Of a stretch of DNA of 64,000 nucleotides, positions 12,104-23,400 are shown piece by piece. This DNA comes from Calcarisporiella thermophila CBS 279.70. Its lineage: Eukaryota > Fungi > Calcarisporiellomycota. The stretch spans positions 29,206 through 93,205 of the forward strand of contig NW_027192212.1 in the NCBI RefSeq assembly GCF_041956535.1. The letters are read 5' to 3'. The notes under the pieces are model-generated. The model was not told the DNA's origin, did no database searches, and saw only the letters and a list, made by a program, of their open reading frames with translations. Within the stretch, counting starts at the first letter, position 1. Every line of letters starts with the position of its first letter. A program made the translations under genes and the position numbers.

Positions 12104-14519
12104 GCCTGTGATGTTTCAGTTCTGGAGAGATCAAATACAAAGAGAGAGCAAGAAAGCATGGTACCTGAGTGGGTGAAGATAGATCTAGGTCCTGAATCGT
12201 TATTGCCAGTAGCTGCTAGTCAAGAGCTAGAAACATCCCCCGACAATAGCGTTAACCTTCTACATTTACCTGTAATGAGCAAGATGGAAAGACTACTTGA
12301 TATAGCAGAAAAACGCCAGATGAAAAATGCAATTCGGGGGCCAGCTGGAACTGGTAAAACTTGCCTCATGCTTTACGCTGTTTATAAAGCTAGGAAAAGA
12401 GATTGGTTGGTGTTGTATATTCCTAAAGGTAAATATTCTTATCTTAATTCTATACTTAAATTCTTTTATTGATTTGATAGTTTTCCCTAGCCAAGCGTTT
12501 GATGTCCGACGAAGAAATTGTAATCGCCATATGGGATATTTTTGATCATCAACTGAAAATGTCAAAAAATCAATTAAAAGAATTAGCAAATGCCGACCGT
12601 GGAGCTAAAGGAGCTTTTGATTTACTTGAAAATTTTGAGCACAATGAATCGGCCAACGAGAAAGAATGTATAGATCTCTTCCTGCTTTATGTAAATTTTT
12701 TAAGAAGAATCAAAAGGTGAGCGGAAATAATAATGAAGCGTATATTCAAGTTTGTACAATGACCCATCTTTGTTTTCATATATTAAGTGTTCCAGTCTTG
12801 ATAGCGGTTGATCAGTGGAATGCCTTTATAGAGAATCTACCAACGATATATCGGATCACCCCATCGCAAGACGTTTTGGAAACTTTTCGAATTTCTCAGT
12901 CAATCTAGGCCTATTCTTTGTCGCTATTTCATCCTCTTTAATTAATATGGCATTTTCAGATGGTGACGACCGGTTGACAACGGTTACAACAAAACTTAAT
13001 GACAAAGATTTACATTTCTTATTCAATATCTCCTTGAAGTATATAACATGGATATAGGTAAGTTCATACTCTAAATTTTAATTATCTTAAAATACCTCCT
13101 CTAAATTAATATATACATACAAAGATATAACTCCTGATTCAATCGAGCATATTAAGAAAGAAACTTGCAATATCGCGCGTAATGTATGTCGTTTATTTGA
13201 GCTTTGGTGTGCCTTTGAGTAAGAAATCATAATTTTGTTGCCTAACATTATCTAACCTTCCTCTACATATATAGACAGAAAGACGGAAATCAAACCGAAG
13301 AACTGGCATCAACTAATCTTCTACCTAATGCTGTACTTGCAACCTTTAATTTTGATTTGCGCCAGTACTACGCTGCTCGAATTCAAAGTCTACTTGCTCG
13401 TCATGTTGATGATCTCACGCGTATATCTGAATTACAATTCATTGCACGTCTGATTGTGGGAGGAATTGTTTCGTTCAACTTTCGTGGTAATGGGTTTGAG
13501 GCTGCTGGTCTCATCAGTAATGAGGCAAAATAGTTTGCCGTCAAGCAAAGGAGGCTATTCTGTCTGTGTTCAACTTAAAATGACCACAGCTTATCAGTGA
13601 ATTTGTCATGATGTTAATTTTGCCATCATGACGCTATTAAGGTCTAAGCCATAAATGGCCTAGGAACGTAATGCTAATTTTATTAACTGTTATTTTGTAT
13701 AACATTATTTTATCATTCGATTGTTTGATCTTTAAATAGTCTCTGCTATTTGGTTTCTGGTCTTTACTTCTTTTTCTTTGTTCTTTTATTATATTTTGTT
13801 ATATTATTATAGAGGAGTCCAAAAGTAGAAATACTTTTGTAACAGAATTGGTAAAGGCATACTCATTATTTTTTAATATCCACTTTGATTAAAAAAAATG
13901 ACTATAGGCTTCATTCCCACAGACCTCCTGGTATGCTCTTGAAGTCGCTTTTTTGTCTGCTTTCCAACCATTTGGAAAATCGGTGATTGTACCAGTGAAG
14001 GATTCAATGGGAAATCCATTGAAGACAGAGGTGGCACTGGAGTTTCTTTGTGTACGACAACAGGAGCGCCTACCTAAAGCTGAAATATAAATAACCTCTA
14101 ACAAACTGAAGAATGGCGATCTTTTAATCCTCTCAGTAGAGCATACCACTTTAGATTTTGTTGGGGTTAATCTCGAGGGATTACTTATTTTGGGTCAGAT
14201 ATCGCAGACAAAATATGATGGCTTAACTCATTGCTTCTGGGATTTATTTGATAAGAAAATTGGAGATCTATCCATGATCAACTTTTATAGAAGTTGTGCC
14301 GGAAAACCTCTATTATGTCAATCGCAGAGGACCCTCCCACAAGATACAATTTATTTATACGTAACTTCTTCGACCAAATTTCTTTCCAAGCAGTCACAAG
14401 CAGCTGATGACCCTGTCGTTGTTGTCGATGGCACAGTGTTAACAAGCAAATTTGCGTATCCTCGCGAGCTTATCCCAGAGAACATTCCTGCTAGCCGCAA
14501 ACGACAACGGCAAAGTTAA
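12104..14519 (+). pseudogene. CRN-like NTPase + REase pseudogene lacking a recognisable N-terminus
   Basis: Walker A GPAGTGKT, WLVLYIP, Walker B VLIAVDQWN; C-terminal TLDFVG...GQISQTK; basic tail RKRQR; frameshift near 12840 and in-frame stops near 13531 and 14088. Confidence 0.7.
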
Positions 14520-14540
14520 TTGAATTTAAAAATAATATAC

Positions 14541-14880
14541 TGTAATATGCATAGTACACAAGGCTGGGGCAAGAAAACCAAGATTGTAGCTATTCATATT
14601 CCGTAGTTAGGCTAAATTTTGACTTTATTTACTGTAGTGAATACATAAATTATTGCAATCACAGTTGCTTACCTACTGTATCAAAGATAACGCTTGCAGT
14701 AGAACAAAATCCTAAAATAATAGACCAATCTCGAACAACAATATAACAGTGGAAAACGAGGAAGAGGGCAATGGGTAACAAATAACCTTATTCTAGCGTT
14801 ACGACAATAATCCCAACACCACGCATCGAGCAATTCCGTGAACTCGAGATCACGTCACAGCGACAGCTGCTTTCTCGGAA
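14541..14880 (-). mobile_element. Ty3/gypsy 3' fragment: LTR 14541-14806 plus PPT
   Basis: TG...CA segment (tgtaat...acgaca) adjoining ataatcccaacacc, the same PPT-region motif as at 11725 and 46592. Confidence 0.7.
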
Positions 14881-14885
14881 ATTAT

Positions 14886-16350
14886 TGGTTCAGATAAGTG
14901 CGAAATGATTAAAAGCTGAGATATAAAAATAATGTTGGAGAACGACCAGGCATGATCTAAGTCTGAATAGTTGTTGTGTTACGACGGTTATTTCATACTT
15001 ATACAAATATGTATAAGCAAGTATCTTATCACCATTATTAGTCATCATCTCCTATTCTATTATATATATAAGATGTGCTTTCTCTCTCTTTTGAATTCTC
15101 TTATAGTGTGTGTTATTTGTGTTATCCCTTCTATCTGTCTTCTTTCCTTTTATTAATATACTCTTAATAAGATCCAACAAACAACCAGTTCAAAATTTGG
15201 AGTATAAAATTTTTCAGACCCTTTATATTTGAAAATTGTATTCATGCTCGACACTAACTCTATCTGTTATTGTAATTGTATACATAAACATGAGTTTACC
15301 CTCGGAAGAATACATGAGTTCATCCTCGCGAGAAAACATGTATATTCTCTCAGGAGAAATTATTCCATCCTGCATTACAATATATGAAACAGAATAATTG
15401 AATTAATCTTGTCTTAATTTAGCCAATCTATCAATAACAACATGTAGAGTTGATTTGATTTTCAGTTTACTGCAAGAATGGCTAAAAATTTATGGCGTAA
15501 CACATAATTCAAGATATAGAACACTAATACCTTGATCGGAATTGCTATAAATTTTTGCTCATCATATTATTTTGAGAATCTAATATGCTCTTAAAGCTCT
15601 TAAGCTACTGTAAGGATAATGGTAACGGCTAGTACAAATGGAAACGAATATGACACCTAAGATTTGTCAGCTTTACTCTAATTCTAATTAGCTGACACGA
15701 GTATAACCAAAATGAAAACATATTCGTGGGGATTTATTACAAATGGAATAACTCTGCTTGATATCAATTTGTCTGCTCTCTTGGCAACAAATGCTTGAAA
15801 CTATAGGGATTCTTATTGACGAATCCGGACCTTAATGGAAAAGCGCATTAAACCCTAAATGGTTTCCGAGTCTTAAGTCTCAATCAAATTAAATTGGAAG
15901 TGCTTTTTCGAAACTACTATTTTGGTTTGTTTCACTTATTTCATGAATTAGGCGTACCAAAAAACAAAATATAAAAACAATTCCATGGATATATTACCCT
16001 CTATATTTAATATAAAAAACATTATCCAGGTAATATAGACGAAACTTAAGTTATGTTATTCCCCCCATGTTCCTATTACAGCGCATAATAATTTTTCGCT
16101 ACACGTATATTAAAAGCAGACTCGTATTAAAGGTTATGATTACACTTTTTAGAGATTATTGCGTAGCTCCCTGCTCTGAATTCAGCTAAGCCGAGCCAAG
16201 GTTAGACATCAATATTTGAAACCGGCTTTTGCATGTTTTGCAAGGAATTTCCATTAAAACTTCTAAAGAAAGGGTTTAATTACTAATCATAGTTCAAAAA
16301 CTATTTTTTCTAGTCCAAAATCATCTTCCGGAAATGGTTAAGAGCCGTCT
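14886..16350 (-). repeat. Diverged duplicate of the UGT 5'UTR/promoter region (24872-26075), interrupted by the copia solo LTR
   Basis: Colinear matches such as taaacatgagtttaccctcgg, tttgtctgctctcttggcaacaaatgcttgaaac, ttgaaaccggcttttgcatg. Confidence 0.88.
14933..15179 (-). mobile_element. Solo LTR of the Ty1/copia family
   Basis: TGTTGGA...TCCAACA; reverse-complement match to the LTR parts at 48373-48513 and 51073-51097; TSD aataa/aacaa (4 of 5). Confidence 0.9.
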
Positions 16351-16493
16351 ATTATTATGTGAGTTTTCTAATGCAGTTTCATTGGGAAAGGTTGGCCTAA
16401 AAGCTAAAATTTATTTCAAATCTAATCTTTGCTAATTAATTCTACAAAATTGAACAATACAATAGCTATATATTCACGGAGAGAGGTGAATTT

Positions 16494-16793
16494 CTAGAAA
16501 CTATCACCAAGTTGATCGGGACGTAAATTTATTCCTTGCTGTTTAAAATTAGTCGACGGTCTGTTCACATTTGGAAAAGACCTATCTCGGTCAAACTCAT
16601 CAGCAGTAGCTCCACCACCAATATTCCTTCCCGATGGACCATTGTTCCTCCTAGGTGGGTTGGAACCTGGGTTCAAATTGAGGGTTCCTTGGCCGACACC
16701 TCCAAAGGAAGTTAAACGGTTAGGCCGAGCCTCTGCCAACATGTAGGTCGAAGCAAGTACACCAAGTGCGATCGCGGACAAGCTGAGTTTCAT
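16494..16793 (-). CDS. Small secreted Gly/Asn/Arg/Pro-rich protein (99 aa, no Cys)
   Basis: Signal peptide MKLSLSAIALGVLASTYMLAEA; intronless ORF. Confidence 0.75.
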   Translation of the reverse strand: MKLSLSAIALGVLASTYMLAEARPNRLTSFGGVGQGTLNLNPGSNPPRRNNGPSGRNIGGGATADEFDRDRSFPNVNRPSTNFKQQGINLRPDQLGDSF

Positions 16794-18639
16794 CTTTGCA
16801 GGGTTTCGTAGTTTGAGTGGTTGTAAATAATATCCGATCAGAAGTGCTAGTGCTAAAATTGATTTCTAATGTATGTTTATAGACTTGGGAAGAAAATTGA
16901 ATTGATGGTGTTTATATACCTTTTGGAGAGGTTGTGAGAATCCTTGTACAATCTGAAAATATATTGCAAAAATACAAGCATCTACGCATCAACCCAAAAC
17001 TAAGAGGGGCCGTAAGATAATGGAATTCGATTTATTCGATTTTGTTTAAAATCTGATGCAGCGGGAGTGCGGGTGGAATGGATGAACATTCCACTTTTCA
17101 AAAGAACTCGTGACTTTGCGCTGTTTTCATTCGACCCACCACATATATCCCTTATAATTAGGCAATGAAGCTTTATCGATTCCGAGATAACATGAAATTT
17201 CTCTAGTATGGATACTGGGTTACATTATATGATTCAATTCCTTAGCCGCAGAATACAAATTCTTGTGATCCAACAACGGATACATATATACGGGGTCAAT
17301 GAAAAGGCGATACTTTCTTGTGAACTCCACTGGGTCTGCATATTTAGTTTTCTTGCTCGTCTATAGTATAACGAATTACAATAAACTTTAATAACTTTCT
17401 CAAATTTGAATGCAATTTTGTAAAATTAAAAAAAAAAATATCAGTTAATTGCCTCTATACTATAAGGTCTAACACATTTTAACCATTAAATACTTGGCTT
17501 CTGTGCCGACCTGCTTCATGGACGGCTCTTTAGGATTGTTACCCTTTAAGTAGTACCCTGCATTTTGAGCACACAGAGACCCAACTCATGGATCTTCAAA
17601 CTATATTCTAGCTTTAACCCCAGATCCTTTCTTTGTATATTTCATACTTTAAATTTGATTTGCCATTCCTCTCCACTTTGCTAGATCTATCAAGTCTAGA
17701 ACGTCCTGAACTTTTACACGATTTCAACCGGCCTCCATATCAAGGAGTTTGTTCTGTAAATAGCAATTTAAAGCGAGACATAAAACGAGCAGCGAAAGCC
17801 CGAGAGCTGAGAATCCATTCATTTAAAATATTTGAATAACTGGTACATAGAATGGATCCCAGTAATTCCCGTGCTAATGAGGAGATTGGAGCAAGTCCGG
17901 AAATACCTCCCAGTTGCCAGGCGTTAAGACGGAAAAAGGTTTGCTTTAATTTCCCAGATAAGTCAACCCAATCCAGTTGAATCGCCCGTTGCTCTGTGCT
18001 CTCTCCAGATCTTATTCTCCAAGTAGGTGGTTACACGAATGCCTAGTGGCACCAAATCCTAACACCGATTTCGTAGCTATTTGCTGCGCCACAGTATAAG
18101 CCCATAGAAGGAAATAGGGGAAAAATCTAGTTGAAACCGGATCAACTGTGGGAAAAGCTAAGCGCTTGGAATCCGAAAAAATTAAACTAAAACACAACAC
18201 GGATAAGCACTGAATAGTTAACTAAACTCGTAGAATATTGCATTGTCGTGTGCAGAGACTAGGATAAGTGAGATCCAGTAGGTTCATAGGATGAAAAGTT
18301 CCGAATGATTTTTTATGTATTAAATTTTGGGTTATATGAGGGCGGCTTATTTTTTTGTTAATATTTGTTACATTGGTTGGTTTTTGGAGAGTTCTTAGAT
18401 TTATAACCAAACATAAGAGAGGAGTAAAAGGGTTTTTATTCTGAAAATATAACCATGTATCTTGTAAAAGTTTTTTGTAGACGAGTAGTTTATAATCTTG
18501 TAGGGGTCAATCGTCACTATGATTATTTCGCAAACTAAAAAGTAGGGTTATATATAAGCATAAACCTTTATAGTTTACAATATATATAGTAAAGTAATAT
18601 GAAAATTGAAATTCACTGCTTAATTCTAGCGTATGCGAT

Positions 18640-18930
18640 GGCTTAAGTGAAATGGACAAGGCAAAGTCAGCAGTCCACGCTTCACGATGGTGAGGCCGTT
18701 TATTGGTTAAATTGGGCTAATCCCAGAGGAATGTAATTAAAAGAAATTAAAAAGTGAAAAGAAAAAGTTAACGTAAAAAAATCAAGAATGGAACTTTCGT
18801 TCCAAGAAGAAAGGTGTGAACAATGAAGTGCATAAAAATTAATGCTGAAAATGAGTCCAAAATATTAAGAAAAGAAGGAGTGGAAAGTGAAGCGTGGACT
18901 GCTGAATTGCCCTGTCCATCTCGCTAGGCT
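18640..18930. mobile_element. MITE-like element (about 45-bp imperfect TIRs)
   Basis: atggacaaggcaaagtcagcagtccacgcttcac and gtgaagcgtggactgctgaattgccctgtccat flank an A-rich noncoding core. Confidence 0.7.
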
Positions 18931-19915
18931 TAAGCATAGAATTTGAAATTTATTCAGCCCTCGGAGCTCAATTAGCTGCGTAGTTTAATTTCTTACTGGA
19001 ATAGGTAAACCTCACTCACATCAATCAAATTTTACCTTTTTACAGCCTAACCTATTATTCAGCTTGGAATATCAAGTAGTATTCTTTGTTAATGCTTTAG
19101 AGAGCCATGGCCGAAAAAGCAATCAAATCAAGCCATGGATATTATTCTATAGAAAATTAAACATAAAACTTTATATTTTTAGCCAAGCGACTGTAAGTCC
19201 AATAAAAGTCGGATCTACTTAAAATGAAAGTATCAGTTTCAGTTACCCTATGTTGTTAGACTGTAAGCAAATTTGCATGAACTCAGGTGCATTGAGTCAG
19301 CACTGCATAGTAACTAGAGGTCCAGTTTACAATTTAACTATACTTTGTTTACTGGAGCCTTGTTTTTCCATTCAGATGAGATGCTCCCTTAGAAATTAAT
19401 ACTCTTTTTTTTGGTAAATGTTTGATTATATCGGTTTACCACAATCTAATTATTCATATAGTAGTTTGCTTCGTTCCCCTAACTCTACCGTTTAAAAATC
19501 TTATTCGATCTCGTAATTTGGCAGCTTTAATTGGGAATTCTCATATACGACGATAAAGCTCTCTGAATCGCTTTGTACTTTTCTTGGCACTTTTTGATTA
19601 CTCAGATATCTCGGCAATAGAATAGCTCGTTTATACAATTATTAAGTACGAGATGAAGACGACACAAGCAACCACAGAGCATAAGAAGTTGATATCATGC
19701 GAACAATTCCGTGAATGATTAGCCTTATATTTCGTGTTTATACCTGGATCAAGGTAGCAGCCATGTGTTTAGTTTGAAAACTATATTGGGTTATATTGGC
19801 GTGATTTAAATAGACTTAAATGGCTGGTTGATCAATAGTTTAGAAAATTTCAGGTTTACAACGAAAATCATAAAATGGATACAATACCACAACCTCTTGA
19901 CATTGCATCAATTAT

Positions 19916-20254
19916 TTACGAGATGTTCTTGTATTTTACACTATGAAATTTACTAGGAGTCTCGAGTCTGGCTACGGAACCAACATAGGGTTGTTGATTT
20001 CCATGATAGTAATAGTTGTCAAAAATGGTGACACTGAGCCATTCAGGGGCTTTGAAAGAACCAACTACTGGCATATTGCCACGGGGAGAACCAGCACTCG
20101 AACCTTTCTCGAGGGAAGCGCAGATAAAGCTGCATTCTTCTTTGAAGTTTGGTTTTTTATAATAGTATACGCAAAAATCGCCTTTGTCATCGGCAGTGAC
20201 TAAAGCAACGACGCTCAAATCGCCAAGGAGCAGACCCAAGCCATAGATCTTCAT
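19916..20254 (-). CDS. Small secreted beta/gamma-crystallin-like protein (112 aa)
   Basis: First in-frame ATG at 20254, signal peptide; Greek-key-like motifs YYKKPNFK and VTIFDNYYYHG with downstream GSFK and HSVK serines. Confidence 0.75.
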   Translation of the reverse strand: MKIYGLGLLLGDLSVVALVTADDKGDFCVYYYKKPNFKEECSFICASLEKGSSAGSPRGNMPVVGSFKAPEWLSVTIFDNYYYHGNQQPYVGSVARLETPSKFHSVKYKNIS

Positions 20255-20770
20255 TTTGTTGGAAAATTTTTGGTATCTTGAATATTGGCTTATATGATGG
20301 ATTACGAGATGCTTAAATCGCAAATGGTGCTAGAGAGAATAACAAATCGACCTAAATTTATAGGTAAAAAATATGAGAGTTACCAAAAATTTTTCCGACT
20401 AATTTATTAATAGAATGGCAAAGCCTCAGTCATTAATAATCCCGTTCCTGAATAGAATAATTGAAAAATGCTCAAAGTTTAGGTTGGGCGATGGGGTGGA
20501 ATCACTCTTACAAGGTTATTTTTGGAAATTTTACTGACTTACCAACCCATTTTTTAACATTAACTTGGATGGCCAAAATATATTTCAAATCGTTGCCTCC
20601 ATTTCTTACTACGCTCATTATTGTTAAAGTAATGGCGATGAAAGTGTTGAATATAAAAATAATAGTTTAGCAAAAGATTTCTGATAGGCACTATAAAAAT
20701 AATTTGGAATATCACAAGCTAGTAGTTTAACATTTCGATCGAAGGAACTTTGGACTAATCCTCCAGTGAC

Positions 20771-21097
20771 TCAACAAGCAAAAGAAATACTGTTAGCCTC
20801 TGCTCTGACATCCCTAACACAACCTCCGTAACCATCATCCTCATGGAAAACGGTTCCTCCGCAATCACGCCCTTTGTAGATTGTAATTCCCGGATTGTTG
20901 GGCAGGTAATAACTATAGATAAGAGGTTGTGCAGGAATATTCCAGCATCGCGTCTGACAAGGTCCTGGCGAATCAATCGCAGGTTGACCTTGGCAACGGC
21001 TGTTTGTATACCCTTGGACCACGCCTGCAAAGGCTGATCCCATGCAAAAGGAGAATACTCCTAATATGACGGCAAATAGAGACTGCTTCATGGCCAT
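20771..21097 (-). CDS. Small secreted Cys-rich protein, beta/gamma-crystallin or killer-toxin-like (108 aa)
   Basis: Signal peptide; twin YxxxxCxG motifs (YTNSRCQG, YKGRDCGG) followed by YSY and NSISF. Confidence 0.78.
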   Translation of the reverse strand: MAMKQSLFAVILGVFSFCMGSAFAGVVQGYTNSRCQGQPAIDSPGPCQTRCWNIPAQPLIYSYYLPNNPGITIYKGRDCGGTVFHEDDGYGGCVRDVRAEANSISFAC

Positions 21098-22592
21098 GTC
21101 GTATTAGGCAAACAATTTAGAGGTGAGATGATATTGCTGATAAAAAAGGTCCCATTTGGGTTAAGGTGTATTTATACATATTTCAGAAAAGGTGCCATTA
21201 TCATGGCTGGGCGATTAAGTCTACTAATTTGGTATAAAAATAATTGTAGATTAAGCTCAGCGTTTATTGATTTGGGTGAGTTGCAAACCTTTTTTTGTAT
21301 CAGGAATATCTTGTATTACAGCTATTTTGAGCGAAGCTAGAAAATTGTTTGGATATATTGTATAATAGAATATTTAGTGACTCATATTAAAAGAGATTAC
21401 ATAAGGGTATAGATGGGATTTTAAATATCATGTCTAATACTGGCTCATTTTGTACTTATCATTAATGGTGTTCTTACGAGCACATACATGACTTTTGATT
21501 ACACTACATCTCTCAAAGAATTGCCTTATTCAAAGATGGTGTCCACAAAGTATACAAAATAGCGATATCCAAGTAATTAAATAGTAAATTGCGTTTTATT
21601 TCGATAAACTTCAATGGATTATGTGCAAATAAATTTAGTTGTAAAAAGATTATAAGAAGCCTTTTAATTTAACTTCGTTTTTACACAAATGTGAATATTT
21701 ATAATATGGGCCCAGGCAACCTCATTCTTGTGATTGCCTTTTGCGTTTAATCTGCATTTAGCAAAAATTTTTTGGAATCACTGTTTAAAGCATATTTAAT
21801 TTGCAGTTACACGCTTTCAATATTTTTAATAGTAATTTAGCAGATTCAAAAAAGGTTGTCAGTGTGTCTTAACTGTGAAATCCTCTTGTTTTCTTCTATC
21901 CATTTTTCTTTAAGGTAAGAGTAAATCAACAAGGAATTAGATCGTTATCAGTCTTGCGATACATTTTATCTTATTTTCAAACCTAACTATCATTTTTCGA
22001 CAGCCCCATCTAACATAATGTTTTTGATGCATTGTTATTTTTCCTCCAAGGTAATTCTTTGGAACCATTTATTGCATCGATATTATCCTAAGTTGTAAAG
22101 GATTTTTTGAGAACCAAATAGCTAATATACTTTGGCACTTCACAACAATTTTATATCACTCCTCTTCCCGCACATCTTTTCTTGCATATAATCGAAATGT
22201 AGCTTCTATTGTATTCAATATAAATATATGTTACTCTTGGGTGAACTTGAACTTTTATTAGTATCTCACTTTATAGCTATATCGACTTTTTATGGTTAGT
22301 TTAGCAAAATATTCATATAATATGTATACATATTGACAAGATTTTTGCCCACTATTTCACAGTATTACCTAAGATAAATTCAGGCTCCACCTGAAAAATA
22401 TTTAAATGAATATTCGATTTTTTTATTCCTTCTTTAAAGTTTACGGTTTAGTTCAAGAACTTCAAAGGATTCGACCAATTAATTGGGAGGCTTAATGATT
22501 ATTATATACAGAATTAAAGGGACTGAATCAGATCTAAAATTTGGCTTAGATCCAGGAAAGAAATTGCTACTTAGGATAGATTGAGATAGGAG

Positions 22593-22633
22593 GGATGACA
22601 TCCTCATATATATTATATATGAGGATGTCATCC
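22593..22633. repeat. Perfect nested palindrome (20-bp arms, 1-nt centre)
   Basis: ggatgacatcctcatatata-t-tatatatgaggatgtcatcc; each end (ggatg-a-catcc) is itself palindromic. Confidence 0.92.
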
Positions 22634-22721
22634 AGCAGTCACGTAATTTATAAAAATTTTATAAAACTATCAAATGAAAAAGCGATTTGTTAAATTTTGC
22701 TAGTAACAGATCATCTTATTC

Positions 22722-22906
22722 TGTTGGAGGACGACCAGGCATGACTGATAATCTGAAATTGTCAGTATTTAATTTAAACCTGATTTTTCTTGTTTGTGTA
22801 TAAACTATATTACCTGTTTATGATTTCTTGTTATTCTTAAATAGTTCAGCTATTTGCCGTTCTTTTTTTAATGGTGATTAATATACTCTGATTAAAAATT
22901 CCAACA
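22722..22906 (-). mobile_element. Diverged solo LTR of the copia family
   Basis: tgttggaggacgaccaggcatga...ttaatatactct...tccaaca termini shared with 14933-15179; TSD poor. Confidence 0.75.
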
Positions 22907-22925
22907 TATAGTAAATAATTATATT

Positions 22926-23182
22926 CCCTATAGAAAGTCATATAGAGAAAATATAGGGGAATAATGTGGGAAATATAGGGAACACCTCACTTTCCGTATG
23001 ATTTTCTGATATTTCCTATAATTTTTAATGGTTTTTATATGGATTTTTATATGGGTAAGGATTTGGAATTTATAGTAAAATTAGAGAAAATTATAAGGAA
23101 ATTATAGGAAAAGTGAGGCGTTCCACATGTATTCCGCATATATATTATTTCCCTAGGTTTTCCCTATGCCCCTTCTTATTGG
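22926..23182. mobile_element. Fold-back or MITE-like element with long degenerate inverted arms
   Basis: Left ccctatagaaa...ggaacacctcactttcc against right ggaaaagtgaggcgttcc...ttcttattggg. Confidence 0.6.
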
Positions 23183-23400
23183 GACCGTACCCTTCTACGA
23201 GGTTGGAGTATACTACAAGATCGATATCAAATATATTATAATTTAAACCAATATCATGATCAACTAACAAATGTAATACTCTTTCTATAAAAATAGTTAT
23301 ACTCTTTCTAATAGCTAAATATATTGAATGTAGTAATAAGCACTTGGAAAATTCACGAATTTGAAAATCTCGATCTAAATTGTGGGGAGAATTTCTTTGA

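Noticed and set aside
12104-12830. Mitoribosomal DAP3/Rsm23 gene
   Set aside because: Walker motifs are reminiscent, but the long REase-like C-terminus, basic tail and disabling mutations fit a CRN-type pseudogene better; not formally excluded
17560-18220. Possible decayed coding or LINE fragment
   Set aside because: Slightly higher GC, but no diagnostic motif recognised in any frame
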